Origin: a virus
Length of the DNA: 64,000 nucleotides
Reading direction: 5' to 3' (one strand)
Virus record (IMG/VR): IMGVR_UViG_3300032093_000074
Span: 15,214 to 79,213 of that record
Shown here: one piece after another, positions 8,824 to 19,222 of the stretch
How positions within the stretch are numbered: the stretch's first letter is position 1
Layout of the letters: the number at the start of each line of letters is the position of its first letter
Translations under genes and position numbers: made by a program
Notes under the pieces: model-generated
Told to the model about the DNA's origin: nothing
Databases searched by the model: none
Seen by the model: only the letters and a program-made list of their open reading frames with translations

Positions 8824-9205
8824 GCAATATTCGAACCGCACCGATTTGCGTGACCCAACCCGCAAAGTTGCAAAAATGGCTGCACCCAACCAAACGTATG
8901 GTGAAGCCGGTAAACAGATGGCTGGGCAACGTGCCGTCCCTGTCGCCCCCCAGCCAACTACTGTCGCCCCGACACGCCCTGCACCGGCACCAGGTTCAAT
9001 GGGTGCGTTTGACCGCCCCACCGAGTTCCCTGATGAACCGTTGACAGCAGGCGTAGATTTTGGCGCAGGTATGGGTTCCCGTGCCGCAGGAATCAAACCG
9101 ACAATGCAGTTGGGCGACCCCGTGTTGCAAGAACTGCTCGCCCTCTACCGTTCGTACCCTAACGACGATTTGGCAAACCTTATTTCTGCGATGGTTGAAA
9201 GGTAA
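8816..9205 (+). CDS. hypothetical virion-module protein
   Basis: Overlaps portal stop; operon context. Confidence 0.7.
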   Translation: MAKQYSNRTDLRDPTRKVAKMAAPNQTYGEAGKQMAGQRAVPVAPQPTTVAPTRPAPAPGSMGAFDRPTEFPDEPLTAGVDFGAGMGSRAAGIKPTMQLGDPVLQELLALYRSYPNDDLANLISAMVER

Positions 9206-9208
9206 CCC

Positions 9209-12200
9209 GTGGCGTTTCGCATAGCCCCAGACGAGGAAGAAGCAATCCTTCGGGGGATGAGAAGGGAAGCGGAATCCAAAAACCAAATCCGCACCAATAT
9301 CCGCCCCGAAACTTCAGACAAAATCTCTGAACTTCACAAGAAATATCCGTGGCTTTCCCCCGGTGTTTTGCTTGCCGCATCTAAAGGCAATGTGTCGCAA
9401 GAACTTTTGGATGCGATGTCTGCCTCTATCGCTACGATGGCGAACGAGGACCCCGATAAGGCGAACGGTAAAGATAAAGGCAACTGGTTTAGTAGTGCTG
9501 TGAAAGGTGCGACACGTTTGACGTTCGCAGCTTTTGACACATCTAAAGAACTGTTTCAAAACATTGTTGCCAAAACCCCTATCCCTGTCGCAACAGAATA
9601 TGTTGGGGCGAAAGTCCAGCAGGCAACCGGTCAAACTGAGGCAGGTTACGGCGGTCCGAAAGCTTCCGATATTGCGATAGTGAACGATGCCGCTTCACGG
9701 CAAGGCGAAGGCGGTTTCGGAGAGTTCATCGGCTCAACCACTTTGGCGTCTCTTGCCCGCAACTGGGAGAATCAAGGTAGCGGATATTTTGTGTCCGAAA
9801 ACATTGTGCAGGAACAGCGGGAACGTGCCAAAAAGTTTCGTGGCACAACCCAAGGAGGCCACGCATGGACCCCTGGCCGCGGGTTCGCTGGCATGGTTTT
9901 CAACGAGGACAGTTACGCATACAACCTGATGTCAGGTTTCGTTGACGGGGCTGTCGCAGTCAAAATCCCTGTCGCCCCAGGTGTCGCTTTCGGGTTGACG
10001 AAAGTCAGCGAACTCGCCGCAGCTGACGACGCCGGAGATGTTTTGAGGCAGGCTGGCCGTGTCGCAGACACTCTGCAAGGCCGTGGGCAGGTCATCAAAA
10101 TATCGGACATGACTGGCGAAGAACTGCGTGAGGCTCGACGCTTGGCAGGTTTGGTTGGCGACACGGTAGATGTTGAACAAGCCAACGCTTTCCTCGGCAC
10201 CCGTGCCGGTCGCCGTCTTGTTGAACGTCTTGTAGACGCAAACACCACAGACGACGTTCGACGGCTTTTGGGACGCAACCTGTATGCAGACACGGTAAAA
10301 CAGTTGCGTGACGCCAAAAACGAGTTTGAGGTGCAAGCAGTTTTGGCCGACGTTTTGGGCAAACCGCAGGCAGGTTTGGCAAGCACTAAAGGCGTTAAAG
10401 GTGTCAAAAAGGTTGCTTTATCTAACGCCCGCAGGTTGAAGATGATGGAGTCTTTAGACACTCAGGTCGGGTTGAAAATCAAACGTGGACTCGGCTACAA
10501 ACCTGGGCGCATGTTTGACATGTCTTCCACCAACCCTGCCGACGTTCGACGCACTTTGAACCAAATAGATGACTGGGCTAAAACCACGTTAATGGACGAG
10601 GAAACCCGTCGCACGTTGCTAGACAAGGCTGTTGATGCGATGGTTGGGGACACCGCTACCCCCACCGCCCGTAAAGCGTTCAAAGAAGAATTTGAGCAAA
10701 TCGCTGTTGATTCTTTGGTGAAAAATAGCAATGTTGACAAAAATGTTGCTGCTGTTGTTTTGCTGACTATGCCCACAAGAATGAAAAAGGTCACCAAATG
10801 GGCGCTCGGCCCTGACGGTGTGCCGGACGACGCAGGGTTTCTTAAGAATGCGACACGGGTAGGCGACGACGTTGTTGACGACGCATCTTTCGGTGGGGCG
10901 ATGCTGAGTTCTGAACTCGCAGATGTCATTGTAGAGATGCCGGACCCACGGCAGGTTCGAGCAATCAGTAACCGCTTCAACAAGATTTGGCGGTACAAGC
11001 CAAAAGATGTTGGCCCGTTGAAGGACGCAAACCTTGAAAGACTTGCGAAGGCTGGCACGTTGCGTCCCCCGTTTTCAGCGGTGATGTGGGCGCAAGACAA
11101 ACTGTTCCGCCGACTCATCTTGATGACCGGTGGCTATTCGGTGCGCAACCTTACCGAAGCCCAACTCCGCATCGCTTTGTCTTACCGAAACGTGGAAGGC
11201 GTTTTTGACCACCCCGCATCATGGCTTGGCTGGGCCACCCACAAAAAGGGCGCTTTCGACATCACCGGCGAAGCGTTTGACTACAACACTCTTACCGACA
11301 ATATGCGCACATTCCGTGAAGCGGTGCAGGCAGAAAACTTCACAGACTTCGGTGACCCCACTATCGCTTACCGTCGAGGAAAAAGAATCGGCTACTTTGA
11401 CGAGGTTGACCGCACCGACCCCCAGCAGTTCGACTTGGTTGTTGAGGCGCACGGTGACCAAATCGGGTTGCTTAACGCCGACCCTGTAGCCCGCCGTGTT
11501 GCTGGCGGGGCAACAGACGAAGAAATCCTTGTGTTTCTGCGCACCGACCCTGAAGGTAAGGCTTGGTTCCGTAACCAGCAGGACTATCACATTAACGGTC
11601 GTCCAACATTTGAAAAGACAACCCGTGGCTACAAGCATGTCGGCAACCAGCAAGTTGACCTGAATGTTGAAGAAAACCTTTTGCTTCACATCAAAGAGAT
11701 TCGCACCCGAATCGAATACCAAACTGGTGGCGATACCCGCCTAAAGAACGTCATCGCCCAAGGCCAGTTGCCTGTTGAAACGGTTGTTATCGCTAACCAA
11801 ACTGTTGCTGGGCGACCTCTCGGTGCGCTTATCAACAAAAACGATGAGGGCCAAGCCCTCATGCTGGAATACAAGGTCCCTGGAAGCAACCGTCCAGGCA
11901 CCCGACAGGTTCGAGTTCAGTCGGTGGACGAAGCAACCGGCGAAGCGGTTGTAGTCCCATTCGCTTTTGAAAGAGGCGAAGCAAGCCTTGACCTTCGCAA
12001 ACTGCTGGAAGCAGACGACGTTTACTACAACCCGAAACTCACAGAAATCCTGCCACATGAGATTCGAGTTGATTCTTTGAAGGAACGCCCGTGGGACGCT
12101 GGGTGGGACGATATGACCGACAGAGCGTTCGCTTTCCTTTACGGCAAACCTTCCCGCTACTTGGACCGGTCACCGCTGTTCCGCCAGTTCTACTACAGCA

Positions 12201-13996
12201 TGGCTATAGACCAGTTGCTCACCTCACTAAGCATCGACGACGCAATCCGTTTGCACGACAACATTGTGGAATCCGCCGCAAAAGTGGGACGCAAACCCGA
12301 GTTTTATTTGGGTGACAAGAAACGCTGGCAACGCATCCAAGACGCCAAAGACGGCAAACTCCCTATGCAGGGCACATTGACTTTAGAAGAAGTAGACGAC
12401 TTTGCTAAAGGTCAGGCTTTGGACGAACTCAAAGGTTTGCTTTACGACGCCAGCAACGTGCGAAACTCTATGGACGCCGCCCGAGTCGTGTTCCCGTTCG
12501 CTAACGCTTTCGTAGAGTTCTACAAATCTATTGGCCGTGCCTACACAATGCCGACGCTGACCGGTGTCCCTCTGCCAAACCTAAAGTCTCTCCGCAAAAC
12601 CCAGTTGGTTGTTGACGGCGGGCGTGATGCAGACCCAGACGGTGACGGTCGAGGGTACTTCTTTGTGGACCCCGAAACACAGGAATGGTCATTCACCTAC
12701 CCAGGCTCAGGGTTTATTACTAAAAGCCTACTGGGTTTGACAGCCCCTCTGACCGCCCCTATCGCTGGCGCTTTGCAAGGTGTCGGGTTGAGCGAAGGCG
12801 ACTTTTTCGGTTTGAAAACTAACCCAGGTTTGGGGCCGGTAGTTAACGTCCCAGCATCCTTCATGTTTTCAAAGGTTCTCCCCGACACAGATTTTGTTCG
12901 GTCTGTAGAAAAGTTTTTTCTCCCATTCGGCAAAACCGAGTTCACCACAGAAACAGGTGGGGTTGCTTCCGGGGTTGTCAAATCTTTTCTCCCAGCTTGG
13001 TCCACCAAAATCATGTCAGCGGTGTTTGACGACCCGCAAAGCCTTACCGCTTTTGGCAACGCCGCATTCGAAACCCGCCAAGCGTTGCTTGCTACCGGCG
13101 AATACGACTTGAACAACTTTGAATCCATGAAACAGTTGGAGGAAGACACCAACTACAAGGCCCGCTGGTTGACGGTTATTCGTGCAGCAGGCCAGTTCAC
13201 CGGTCCTTCCCGCCCAAGTTCAGAGTTCAAAACCAAGGTGATGGACGGCGATGTCTACATCAACCAAGCCATCGCAGACCTTCGTCGTTGGCAGTTGGAA
13301 GATTATGATTCTGCAATCTTGCGGTTCTTGGACACATACGGAGACGACTTTTGGGCATATCTCGCTCGCAAAACTTCTACCGGAGAGTTTGAAGCATTGG
13401 GCACCAGCGCCGACTTCGGTTCATGGGAACGAGACAACCCCGATTTTCTTCGAGAGTTCCCGAACGTCGCATCATATTTCGCCCCTGTCGGAACCGGCTT
13501 TGACTATTTTGTCTACACCGGCCAAATCGGTAAAGGTATGCGCCGCCGAGAAACTAACAAGGCATCGTTTAACGCAGCCCAATACTATGTGGTTGGTGCG
13601 CAGATGCGTCTCGCCAACAAGCTCATCGGAGACAACCCGACCCCTGAGCAAGAAGAAGAACTAGACGCATACCGTAAAGCCCTCGAATCCGATTACCCTG
13701 GGGCAAAATCGTATCCTTTCAACCCCAACAAACTACCCAACCAAATTGAGGCTTTATACAGCGCTGCTTTCGTATCAAGCATGGACGGCAACCCTGTAGC
13801 GGAAGGCACCCGCCTCTATCTGCAACAGCGGACCAACGTCTTGGCGCAGGTTGAATCAACCGGTCAAGGTTTGGGTGCTAAAAAGAACCTTGAATACCGC
13901 AACCTTTTGCGGGCTTCAGCAAACATTATTATTGAAGAATACCCAGAGTTTGAACGTCTTTGGGAACGTGTACTTTCTAGAGAACTGGACCGCTGA
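9209..13996 (+). CDS. large internal virion/ejection-type protein (1595 aa)
   Basis: Size and position in virion operon; no tail-tube or assembly-chaperone genes seen. Confidence 0.65.
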   Translation: MAFRIAPDEEEAILRGMRREAESKNQIRTNIRPETSDKISELHKKYPWLSPGVLLAASKGNVSQELLDAMSASIATMANEDPDKANGKDKGNWFSSAVKGATRLTFAAFDTSKELFQNIVAKTPIPVATEYVGAKVQQATGQTEAGYGGPKASDIAIVNDAASRQGEGGFGEFIGSTTLASLARNWENQGSGYFVSENIVQEQRERAKKFRGTTQGGHAWTPGRGFAGMVFNEDSYAYNLMSGFVDGAVAVKIPVAPGVAFGLTKVSELAAADDAGDVLRQAGRVADTLQGRGQVIKISDMTGEELREARRLAGLVGDTVDVEQANAFLGTRAGRRLVERLVDANTTDDVRRLLGRNLYADTVKQLRDAKNEFEVQAVLADVLGKPQAGLASTKGVKGVKKVALSNARRLKMMESLDTQVGLKIKRGLGYKPGRMFDMSSTNPADVRRTLNQIDDWAKTTLMDEETRRTLLDKAVDAMVGDTATPTARKAFKEEFEQIAVDSLVKNSNVDKNVAAVVLLTMPTRMKKVTKWALGPDGVPDDAGFLKNATRVGDDVVDDASFGGAMLSSELADVIVEMPDPRQVRAISNRFNKIWRYKPKDVGPLKDANLERLAKAGTLRPPFSAVMWAQDKLFRRLILMTGGYSVRNLTEAQLRIALSYRNVEGVFDHPASWLGWATHKKGAFDITGEAFDYNTLTDNMRTFREAVQAENFTDFGDPTIAYRRGKRIGYFDEVDRTDPQQFDLVVEAHGDQIGLLNADPVARRVAGGATDEEILVFLRTDPEGKAWFRNQQDYHINGRPTFEKTTRGYKHVGNQQVDLNVEENLLLHIKEIRTRIEYQTGGDTRLKNVIAQGQLPVETVVIANQTVAGRPLGALINKNDEGQALMLEYKVPGSNRPGTRQVRVQSVDEATGEAVVVPFAFERGEASLDLRKLLEADDVYYNPKLTEILPHEIRVDSLKERPWDAGWDDMTDRAFAFLYGKPSRYLDRSPLFRQFYYSMAIDQLLTSLSIDDAIRLHDNIVESAAKVGRKPEFYLGDKKRWQRIQDAKDGKLPMQGTLTLEEVDDFAKGQALDELKGLLYDASNVRNSMDAARVVFPFANAFVEFYKSIGRAYTMPTLTGVPLPNLKSLRKTQLVVDGGRDADPDGDGRGYFFVDPETQEWSFTYPGSGFITKSLLGLTAPLTAPIAGALQGVGLSEGDFFGLKTNPGLGPVVNVPASFMFSKVLPDTDFVRSVEKFFLPFGKTEFTTETGGVASGVVKSFLPAWSTKIMSAVFDDPQSLTAFGNAAFETRQALLATGEYDLNNFESMKQLEEDTNYKARWLTVIRAAGQFTGPSRPSSEFKTKVMDGDVYINQAIADLRRWQLEDYDSAILRFLDTYGDDFWAYLARKTSTGEFEALGTSADFGSWERDNPDFLREFPNVASYFAPVGTGFDYFVYTGQIGKGMRRRETNKASFNAAQYYVVGAQMRLANKLIGDNPTPEQEEELDAYRKALESDYPGAKSYPFNPNKLPNQIEALYSAAFVSSMDGNPVAEGTRLYLQQRTNVLAQVESTGQGLGAKKNLEYRNLLRASANIIIEEYPEFERLWERVLSRELDR

Positions 13997-14778
13997 TGGC
14001 AGAAAAAAACATTGAAGAAGTAGACGCCCTACCCGCAAACCGTCCGGCAGGCACCCGCCTTGAATACAAGGGTGGCGAATGGGTGTTTGACGGCGCTGAA
14101 TGGCTCCGTGGACAAGATTGGGATGCGCTCACCCCGCAACAAAAAAATGAACGAATCTCTGCCGCTTTCCAAGCAAACGTGGACGCTGCAGGAAACAACG
14201 ATTTGTATGACCCGAACGACGAAGAAAAGGTCCGGGCCGAACTGTTGAGACTGAAACCTGTGGAACGGGAGAACGTCTTGAAAAAACTGTACGAAGCCGG
14301 ACAGTACGGCGGGTCTTCTAGAGGGAACGGTTTCAACCCCGCAGATATCTCTGCTTTTTCCAGCCTTCTATGGTATGCAAACTATAAAAAGAAAGATTTC
14401 AAATCTGCTCTTATCGATTATGAGCGGGACTTTGCGAAACGCCCCGACCTTCTGCAAGGGGTTGGTCGCAAACCGCCACGGCAGGTCACAAACACCGACG
14501 AGATTCGAGCCGTGTTCAACAAGACAGCCCAAAACATGTTGGGGCGCAAACTCCCCGACAATGTTGCGGAACAGTTCGTTCGCACCATCCAAACCCAGCA
14601 GGCCACATTCCAGCAACAGTTGGCTACCCAGTCAGGCGGGACTCTCATGCAACCGGCAGATGTCGGGTTGTCTGCGGAGAAGCAGATTGAGGAACGTTTC
14701 CAAGAAGAACTGCGGGTGCAGAACGCTGCGACGTTTGCGGGTACTATGGACCAAATGATTAAAGGTTTGGCACAATGA
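13996..14778 (+). CDS. putative internal virion protein
   Basis: TGATG coupling; virion operon. Confidence 0.6.
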   Translation: MAEKNIEEVDALPANRPAGTRLEYKGGEWVFDGAEWLRGQDWDALTPQQKNERISAAFQANVDAAGNNDLYDPNDEEKVRAELLRLKPVERENVLKKLYEAGQYGGSSRGNGFNPADISAFSSLLWYANYKKKDFKSALIDYERDFAKRPDLLQGVGRKPPRQVTNTDEIRAVFNKTAQNMLGRKLPDNVAEQFVRTIQTQQATFQQQLATQSGGTLMQPADVGLSAEKQIEERFQEELRVQNAATFAGTMDQMIKGLAQ

Positions 14779-15803
14779 GCGATACAGGACCGGCACTTGA
14801 CCCCCGTGAACAGATGCTTGTTTCCCAAGCAGATAAAACAGCCCAAGAAAAATCTTCTCGGGATGCTGCGGCTCGGCAAAAAAAGGAGGCTGAAGCCGCC
14901 AAAAAAGCCGAGACAGAGAAACGCCGGAAGGCTCGCCAAACCGCCCAGCAGGAACGCCAAGCCGCCAAAACCGCTCGATGGGAACAAACCTTCCAAACCC
15001 AATATCCGCAGTATGCGTGGATGTTCACCGAGTTGGACCGCACCAAATATGCTGACGTATTCAACCTTTTCAACAAGGCTGTAGACCCGAAGACAGGTTA
15101 CACGGCGGACCGTTTCCAAACAGAGTTCGCAGCGACATCCTGGTACCGTGAAATCCAGTCGTCCAACAAGATTCAAGAAATCCGTGACACAGTTGGGACA
15201 CTCGACTGGGACGCTGGGAGCCTCTCCAAGTTTGTGACCCGTGCAGTCGGCCAAGGCTGGTCCGGCGACCAACTCGGGCAGGAAGCCTATAAAGAGATTT
15301 TTGCTAAAGGACTCAACAACCAGTACATCAACCAAAAAGCGGTTGAACAGATTCGCAAAACCGCACCGTATCTGCGTTACCAAAACGCCGCTAAATCGTA
15401 TTTTACGACACTCCCCGAAGACAAGATTCAACGTGTCCTCACCGGGGCTTTGACTGAGGAAGACGTTCTTGCCAGTCTGCGTGAATCAACAAAACTGAAA
15501 TACAGCCATCTGTCGGCGGCTATCGACGCCGGTCAAACCTTGGAAGATTTGTCTGCTGACTACAAGAAGACTGCGGCAGGATTGTTGGAACGCAACGAAA
15601 ACGACATTGACATGACCAGCCCCGATTTTGAGGTTGCGCTCGCCTACACGGATGGTTCCACTAAGCGCATGTTGACAACCGGCGAATGGGCAAAACTGTT
15701 GAGAACAGACAAAAGGTATGGTTGGGAACGTACCGAGCAGGCCCGTGAAATCGGGTCACGCATCGCCACCAATATTGTTCAGCAGTTCCAGAGAGGATTC
15801 TGA
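14775..15803 (+). CDS. putative internal virion protein
   Basis: ATGA coupling; helical composition. Confidence 0.6.
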   Translation: MSDTGPALDPREQMLVSQADKTAQEKSSRDAAARQKKEAEAAKKAETEKRRKARQTAQQERQAAKTARWEQTFQTQYPQYAWMFTELDRTKYADVFNLFNKAVDPKTGYTADRFQTEFAATSWYREIQSSNKIQEIRDTVGTLDWDAGSLSKFVTRAVGQGWSGDQLGQEAYKEIFAKGLNNQYINQKAVEQIRKTAPYLRYQNAAKSYFTTLPEDKIQRVLTGALTEEDVLASLRESTKLKYSHLSAAIDAGQTLEDLSADYKKTAAGLLERNENDIDMTSPDFEVALAYTDGSTKRMLTTGEWAKLLRTDKRYGWERTEQAREIGSRIATNIVQQFQRGF

Positions 15804-16870
15804 TGGCCGCCGCACGACGCCGAGTAACACAACCATCCCCAAGCACCGGTGTCACCGATGTCAACTGGGATATGCTCCCAGCAGATGTTGTGGCACAGGT
15901 CACAGGACAGCCTGTTGCACAACCAATAAACCCTGCCCTGCCCCCTGTAGAACCGTCTTTTGAACCAACCACCCCCGCCCCAGGCGACCAAAACCTGCCT
16001 GCTGCTATCACCGACCCAAACGACACCCTCACCAACCGCATCCTCACCGGCCTTCGTGGGTTCGGTATCGGGGACGCCACCTTCGCATCCGAGATAGCGA
16101 CAGCGATAGCGGACGGTCGGCTCAACGAAAACTCGGGCAGTTTCCTAGACGATGTTGGTGTGGTCCTCTCCGAATCCACCTACCTCAAAACCCGCTTCCC
16201 AGCGAACGTCACCCGCAAACAAGCAGGTCTACAACCGTTGCCACTCTCCGAAATCCTAGGGCTGGAGAACGGCTACATCACCGCTATGCAAGCTGCGAAC
16301 CTGCCCGCAGGTTTCTACGACGACCCCCAAACAGATTTGCAGAACCTCATCGCCCGCAACGTATCGGTCGCTGAAGTCCAGCGTCGAATCAACCAAGGCT
16401 ATTCAGCGGTACGCAACGCCGACCCCGAGATTCGTCGCCAGTTCAAAGAACTGTACGGGGTGGACGACGGCACTCTTGCAGCCTACTTTTTGGACCCTGT
16501 ACGGATGGAAGCCCAACTCACCAGCCAAATGGAATCCGCCCAGCTCGCCGCTGAAGCCCGCCGTGTCGCAGACATGCAACTCACCACAGCCCAGGCTGAA
16601 GCGTTGCAACAGGCAGGAATCTCCACCGCTGCAGCCCGTGAAGGGTTCGGCGCTATCAGCGAACAGCAAGGACTGTTCCAAGGACAGATGGCCGGTGAGC
16701 AGGCGATTAGCACCGAGGAACAGATTGCGGGCACATTCGGCACATCTGCTGCGGCAGCGCAACGCATCGCCCAACGCCGACGCCAACGCCAAGCCGCATT
16801 CGAAACCGGTGGCGGATTCTCCCAAGTCAACCAGTACGGCATCTCAGGTTTGGGAACCGCCGCACAATAA
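15803..16870 (+). CDS. putative internal virion protein
   Basis: Coupled; A/Q-rich C-terminus. Confidence 0.6.
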   Translation: MAAARRRVTQPSPSTGVTDVNWDMLPADVVAQVTGQPVAQPINPALPPVEPSFEPTTPAPGDQNLPAAITDPNDTLTNRILTGLRGFGIGDATFASEIATAIADGRLNENSGSFLDDVGVVLSESTYLKTRFPANVTRKQAGLQPLPLSEILGLENGYITAMQAANLPAGFYDDPQTDLQNLIARNVSVAEVQRRINQGYSAVRNADPEIRRQFKELYGVDDGTLAAYFLDPVRMEAQLTSQMESAQLAAEARRVADMQLTTAQAEALQQAGISTAAAREGFGAISEQQGLFQGQMAGEQAISTEEQIAGTFGTSAAAAQRIAQRRRQRQAAFETGGGFSQVNQYGISGLGTAAQ

Positions 16871-16883
16871 CCACGGTAAGTGG

Positions 16884-16912
16884 TTGACAAAACACAGACG
16901 TTCCATTACTGT
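16884..16912 (+). promoter_or_regulatory. SigA-like promoter for scaffold/capsid genes (A)
   Basis: TTGACA-17-TACTGT. Confidence 0.75.
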
Positions 16913-17041
16913 AACTTTCTGAGGCCGAGTGCCGGAACCCACGGGTAGCCCCCGTAACCGTGGCGTACATATCGGGGTGTAACCAACAAAGCAGCCACCC
17001 GAGTCCTCCGCTTGGGTGTGGGCAGAAACGGAGAGTGCCAT

Positions 17042-17500
17042 ATGTCAAATTTCGAGGATTTCGATTCGGAAGACGACGACCAGCAAACTGAAACCAACCC
17101 CATGCGGGCGAGGATGAAGCAACTGGAGAAAGAGAACCGTGAATACAAGAAGGTTCTAGCCGAAACACAGCAGGCTGCTAAAGAGCTTGCTTTCGTGAAA
17201 GCCGGAATCAACTTGGATAACCCGATGGCAAAATATTTTGTCAAAGGCTACGACGGTGAACTCACCCCGGAAGCAATCAGAGCAGCTGGCGAAGAAGCAC
17301 AGTTGATTACACCCCAAACAACGGTGATGGACAGCGACAGGCAAGGCTGGCAGACAACCAACAGGATTGCTGCCGGAAGCGAAACCGCCCCACCGCCCCC
17401 GTCTTGGGCTGCTCGAATCAACGAAGCTAACTCCGAATCGGAACTTATTGCGATTTTTGCAGAGGCACAAGCACAAGGATTAGACCTCAACAACCTCTGA
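17042..17500 (+). CDS. capsid scaffolding protein (A)
   Basis: Acidic N-terminus, coiled coil, immediately before capsid gene. Confidence 0.7.
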   Translation: MSNFEDFDSEDDDQQTETNPMRARMKQLEKENREYKKVLAETQQAAKELAFVKAGINLDNPMAKYFVKGYDGELTPEAIRAAGEEAQLITPQTTVMDSDRQGWQTTNRIAAGSETAPPPPSWAARINEANSESELIAIFAEAQAQGLDLNNL

Positions 17501-17516
17501 ATAGGAGAACACCCCA

Positions 17517-18497
17517 ATGGCTGATTATTACGCAGCAGAAACCGGCACCGCAAACCTCTCAACCGACCAGATTGCGTTTGAGAAACTTGCGTACTTCGCC
17601 CTTCGCCCCGAAATGTACTACGACCAGTTCGCAGACGTTCAGGCAACCAACGCCACCAACCCTGGCGCATCCATCAAGTTCACCATTTTCGCAGACCTTG
17701 CTGAAGCCACCACCGAACTCGGTGAGGCTGAGGATGTCACCCCTGTCGCCATGAGCGACTCGCAGGTGACGGTCACCCTGCGTGAATACGGTAACGCTAC
17801 GGTCACCACCGCCAAGCTCCGTGCCTCGTCGTTCCTGCCGGTTGACCCGGTGGCTGCGAACGCTGTCGGATACAACGCCGGTATCTCGATTGACTCGATT
17901 TGCCGCAACGTGCTTCAGGCCGGTGACAACGTGATTTACGCTACGGGCGGTGCAACCGACCCGTCGAGCCGTACCACAATCAACACCGACGACCTGTTGG
18001 TGGCGAACGATGTTCGTCGTGTTGTGGCCCAGCTCCGTGGCGCAAACGTCCCCACCCTCGGCGGTTCGTACGTCGGCTTCATCCACCCGGATGTGTCCTA
18101 CGACTTCCGTAGCAACACCGACGCCGCCGCATGGCGTACCCCGGCGAACTACGTCAACCCCGAAGGCATCTACAACGGTGAAATCGGAATGTTTGAAGGA
18201 GTCCGCTTCATGGAGTCGTCCCGTGCCCCGAAGTTTGTGGACGCATCCAACAACTCCGGTTCGTCCGGCACGATTGACGTCTACGGCACCCTCATCATGG
18301 GCCGTCAGGCTCTTGCCAAGGGCGTGTCGCTCGGCGGCGAGTACGGCGCACAGCCGACCATCGTGTACGGCACCGTCACCGACTTGCTGAAGCGTTTCCG
18401 CCCGGTTGGTTGGAAGCACTTCGTCGGCTACGGCGTGTTCCGTCAGGAAGCCCTGCGCCGCATCGAGTCGGCATCCAGCATCGGCACCAACGCCTAG
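17517..18497 (+). CDS. major capsid protein, N4-gp56-like (A)
   Basis: 326 aa; TLREYG, YVGFIHPDV, GEIGMFEGVRF, DLLKRFRPVGWK motifs; strong codon bias. Confidence 0.9.
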   Translation: MADYYAAETGTANLSTDQIAFEKLAYFALRPEMYYDQFADVQATNATNPGASIKFTIFADLAEATTELGEAEDVTPVAMSDSQVTVTLREYGNATVTTAKLRASSFLPVDPVAANAVGYNAGISIDSICRNVLQAGDNVIYATGGATDPSSRTTINTDDLLVANDVRRVVAQLRGANVPTLGGSYVGFIHPDVSYDFRSNTDAAAWRTPANYVNPEGIYNGEIGMFEGVRFMESSRAPKFVDASNNSGSSGTIDVYGTLIMGRQALAKGVSLGGEYGAQPTIVYGTVTDLLKRFRPVGWKHFVGYGVFRQEALRRIESASSIGTNA

Positions 18498-18518
18498 TCC
18501 TACCGACAAGGAAGCATT

Positions 18519-18555
18519 GCCCTCTCCGACTTGCGTCGGAGGGGGCTTTTGCTTT
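18519..18555 (+). terminator. terminator after capsid gene
   Basis: GCCCTCTCCGAC-TTGC-GTCGGAGGGGGC followed by TTTT. Confidence 0.75.
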
Positions 18556-18597
18556 ATGGTGCCATCGGACGTTGTTGGAGAACTACGGTCCAACTGG

Positions 18598-18646
18598 TAA
18601 TAAAAACCCCTCGTCACTTACTGTTTCGGGGGGTTTTTGTTATTAT
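18598..18646. terminator. bidirectional terminator-like hairpin
   Basis: TAATAAAAACCCCTCG...CGGGGGGTTTTTGTTATTA. Confidence 0.6.
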
Positions 18647-18652
18647 CTGCAC

Positions 18653-18907
18653 ATGGCTGTTTTTCGCCCACCCACAGACCCTTTCGTAACTTTTGATGAT
18701 GGTTCGGGGGAAGGCATTTTTTCGTATTTGAACGGCTGGCCTCGGGGCCGGAACGTGTTCAAAATGACGGACGGCTCGTTTCAGGAATCGGAACCGAGCG
18801 ACCCTTCAACTATCGCCCACACCTACCACGGCGGGCATATCCATGAGTTGACCGCCCAAGAGGAAGCGGACCTTATCGCCGCGGGCTACGGCGACTACAT
18901 TGAGTGA
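18653..18907 (+). CDS. hypothetical protein
   Basis: MAVFRPPTDP...; plausible start within a longer track ORF. Confidence 0.65.
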   Translation: MAVFRPPTDPFVTFDDGSGEGIFSYLNGWPRGRNVFKMTDGSFQESEPSDPSTIAHTYHGGHIHELTAQEEADLIAAGYGDYIE

Positions 18908-18934
18908 CACGCAGAAACGTAGGGGTTTGACAAT

Positions 18935-19222
18935 ATGAAACACGCAGAAGTGCATCCCAGCCTTGACGTTGACGGCTGTTTCGGGTGCAAGGTGGCTGGT
19001 GTCCGTATGGGGTTCAACACGACAACCACCCGTGGGGCGAAGGTTGCTGAGGTAAACCAGCGGGAGAAAGGCTGGGGGAAAGACATGCCAGCCTATAAAC
19101 GTCTCCGCCAGCAAGGGTTGCAACCGAGACAGATAGATGGTTCGGCGCTGTTGGAGTCCCGAGCTACTGAACGGTGGCAGATAGAGGGCGCACCGGTAGC
19201 AACCCCGACACCGGTCGAATGA
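18935..19222 (+). CDS. hypothetical protein (H...CxxC motif)
   Basis: HAEVHP...GCFGCK. Confidence 0.7.
   Translation: MKHAEVHPSLDVDGCFGCKVAGVRMGFNTTTTRGAKVAEVNQREKGWGKDMPAYKRLRQQGLQPRQIDGSALLESRATERWQIEGAPVATPTPVE

Noticed and set aside
9209-13996. Tape measure protein (also considered for 32497-39465)
   Set aside because: No tail tube or assembly-chaperone genes recognised; adaptor/nozzle genes suggest podovirus-like ejection proteins
17559-18617. Long antisense ORFs (also 14418-15431, 26338-27285, 34990-35832, 59718-60398)
   Set aside because: Shadows of GC-biased codon usage in well-supported plus-strand genes
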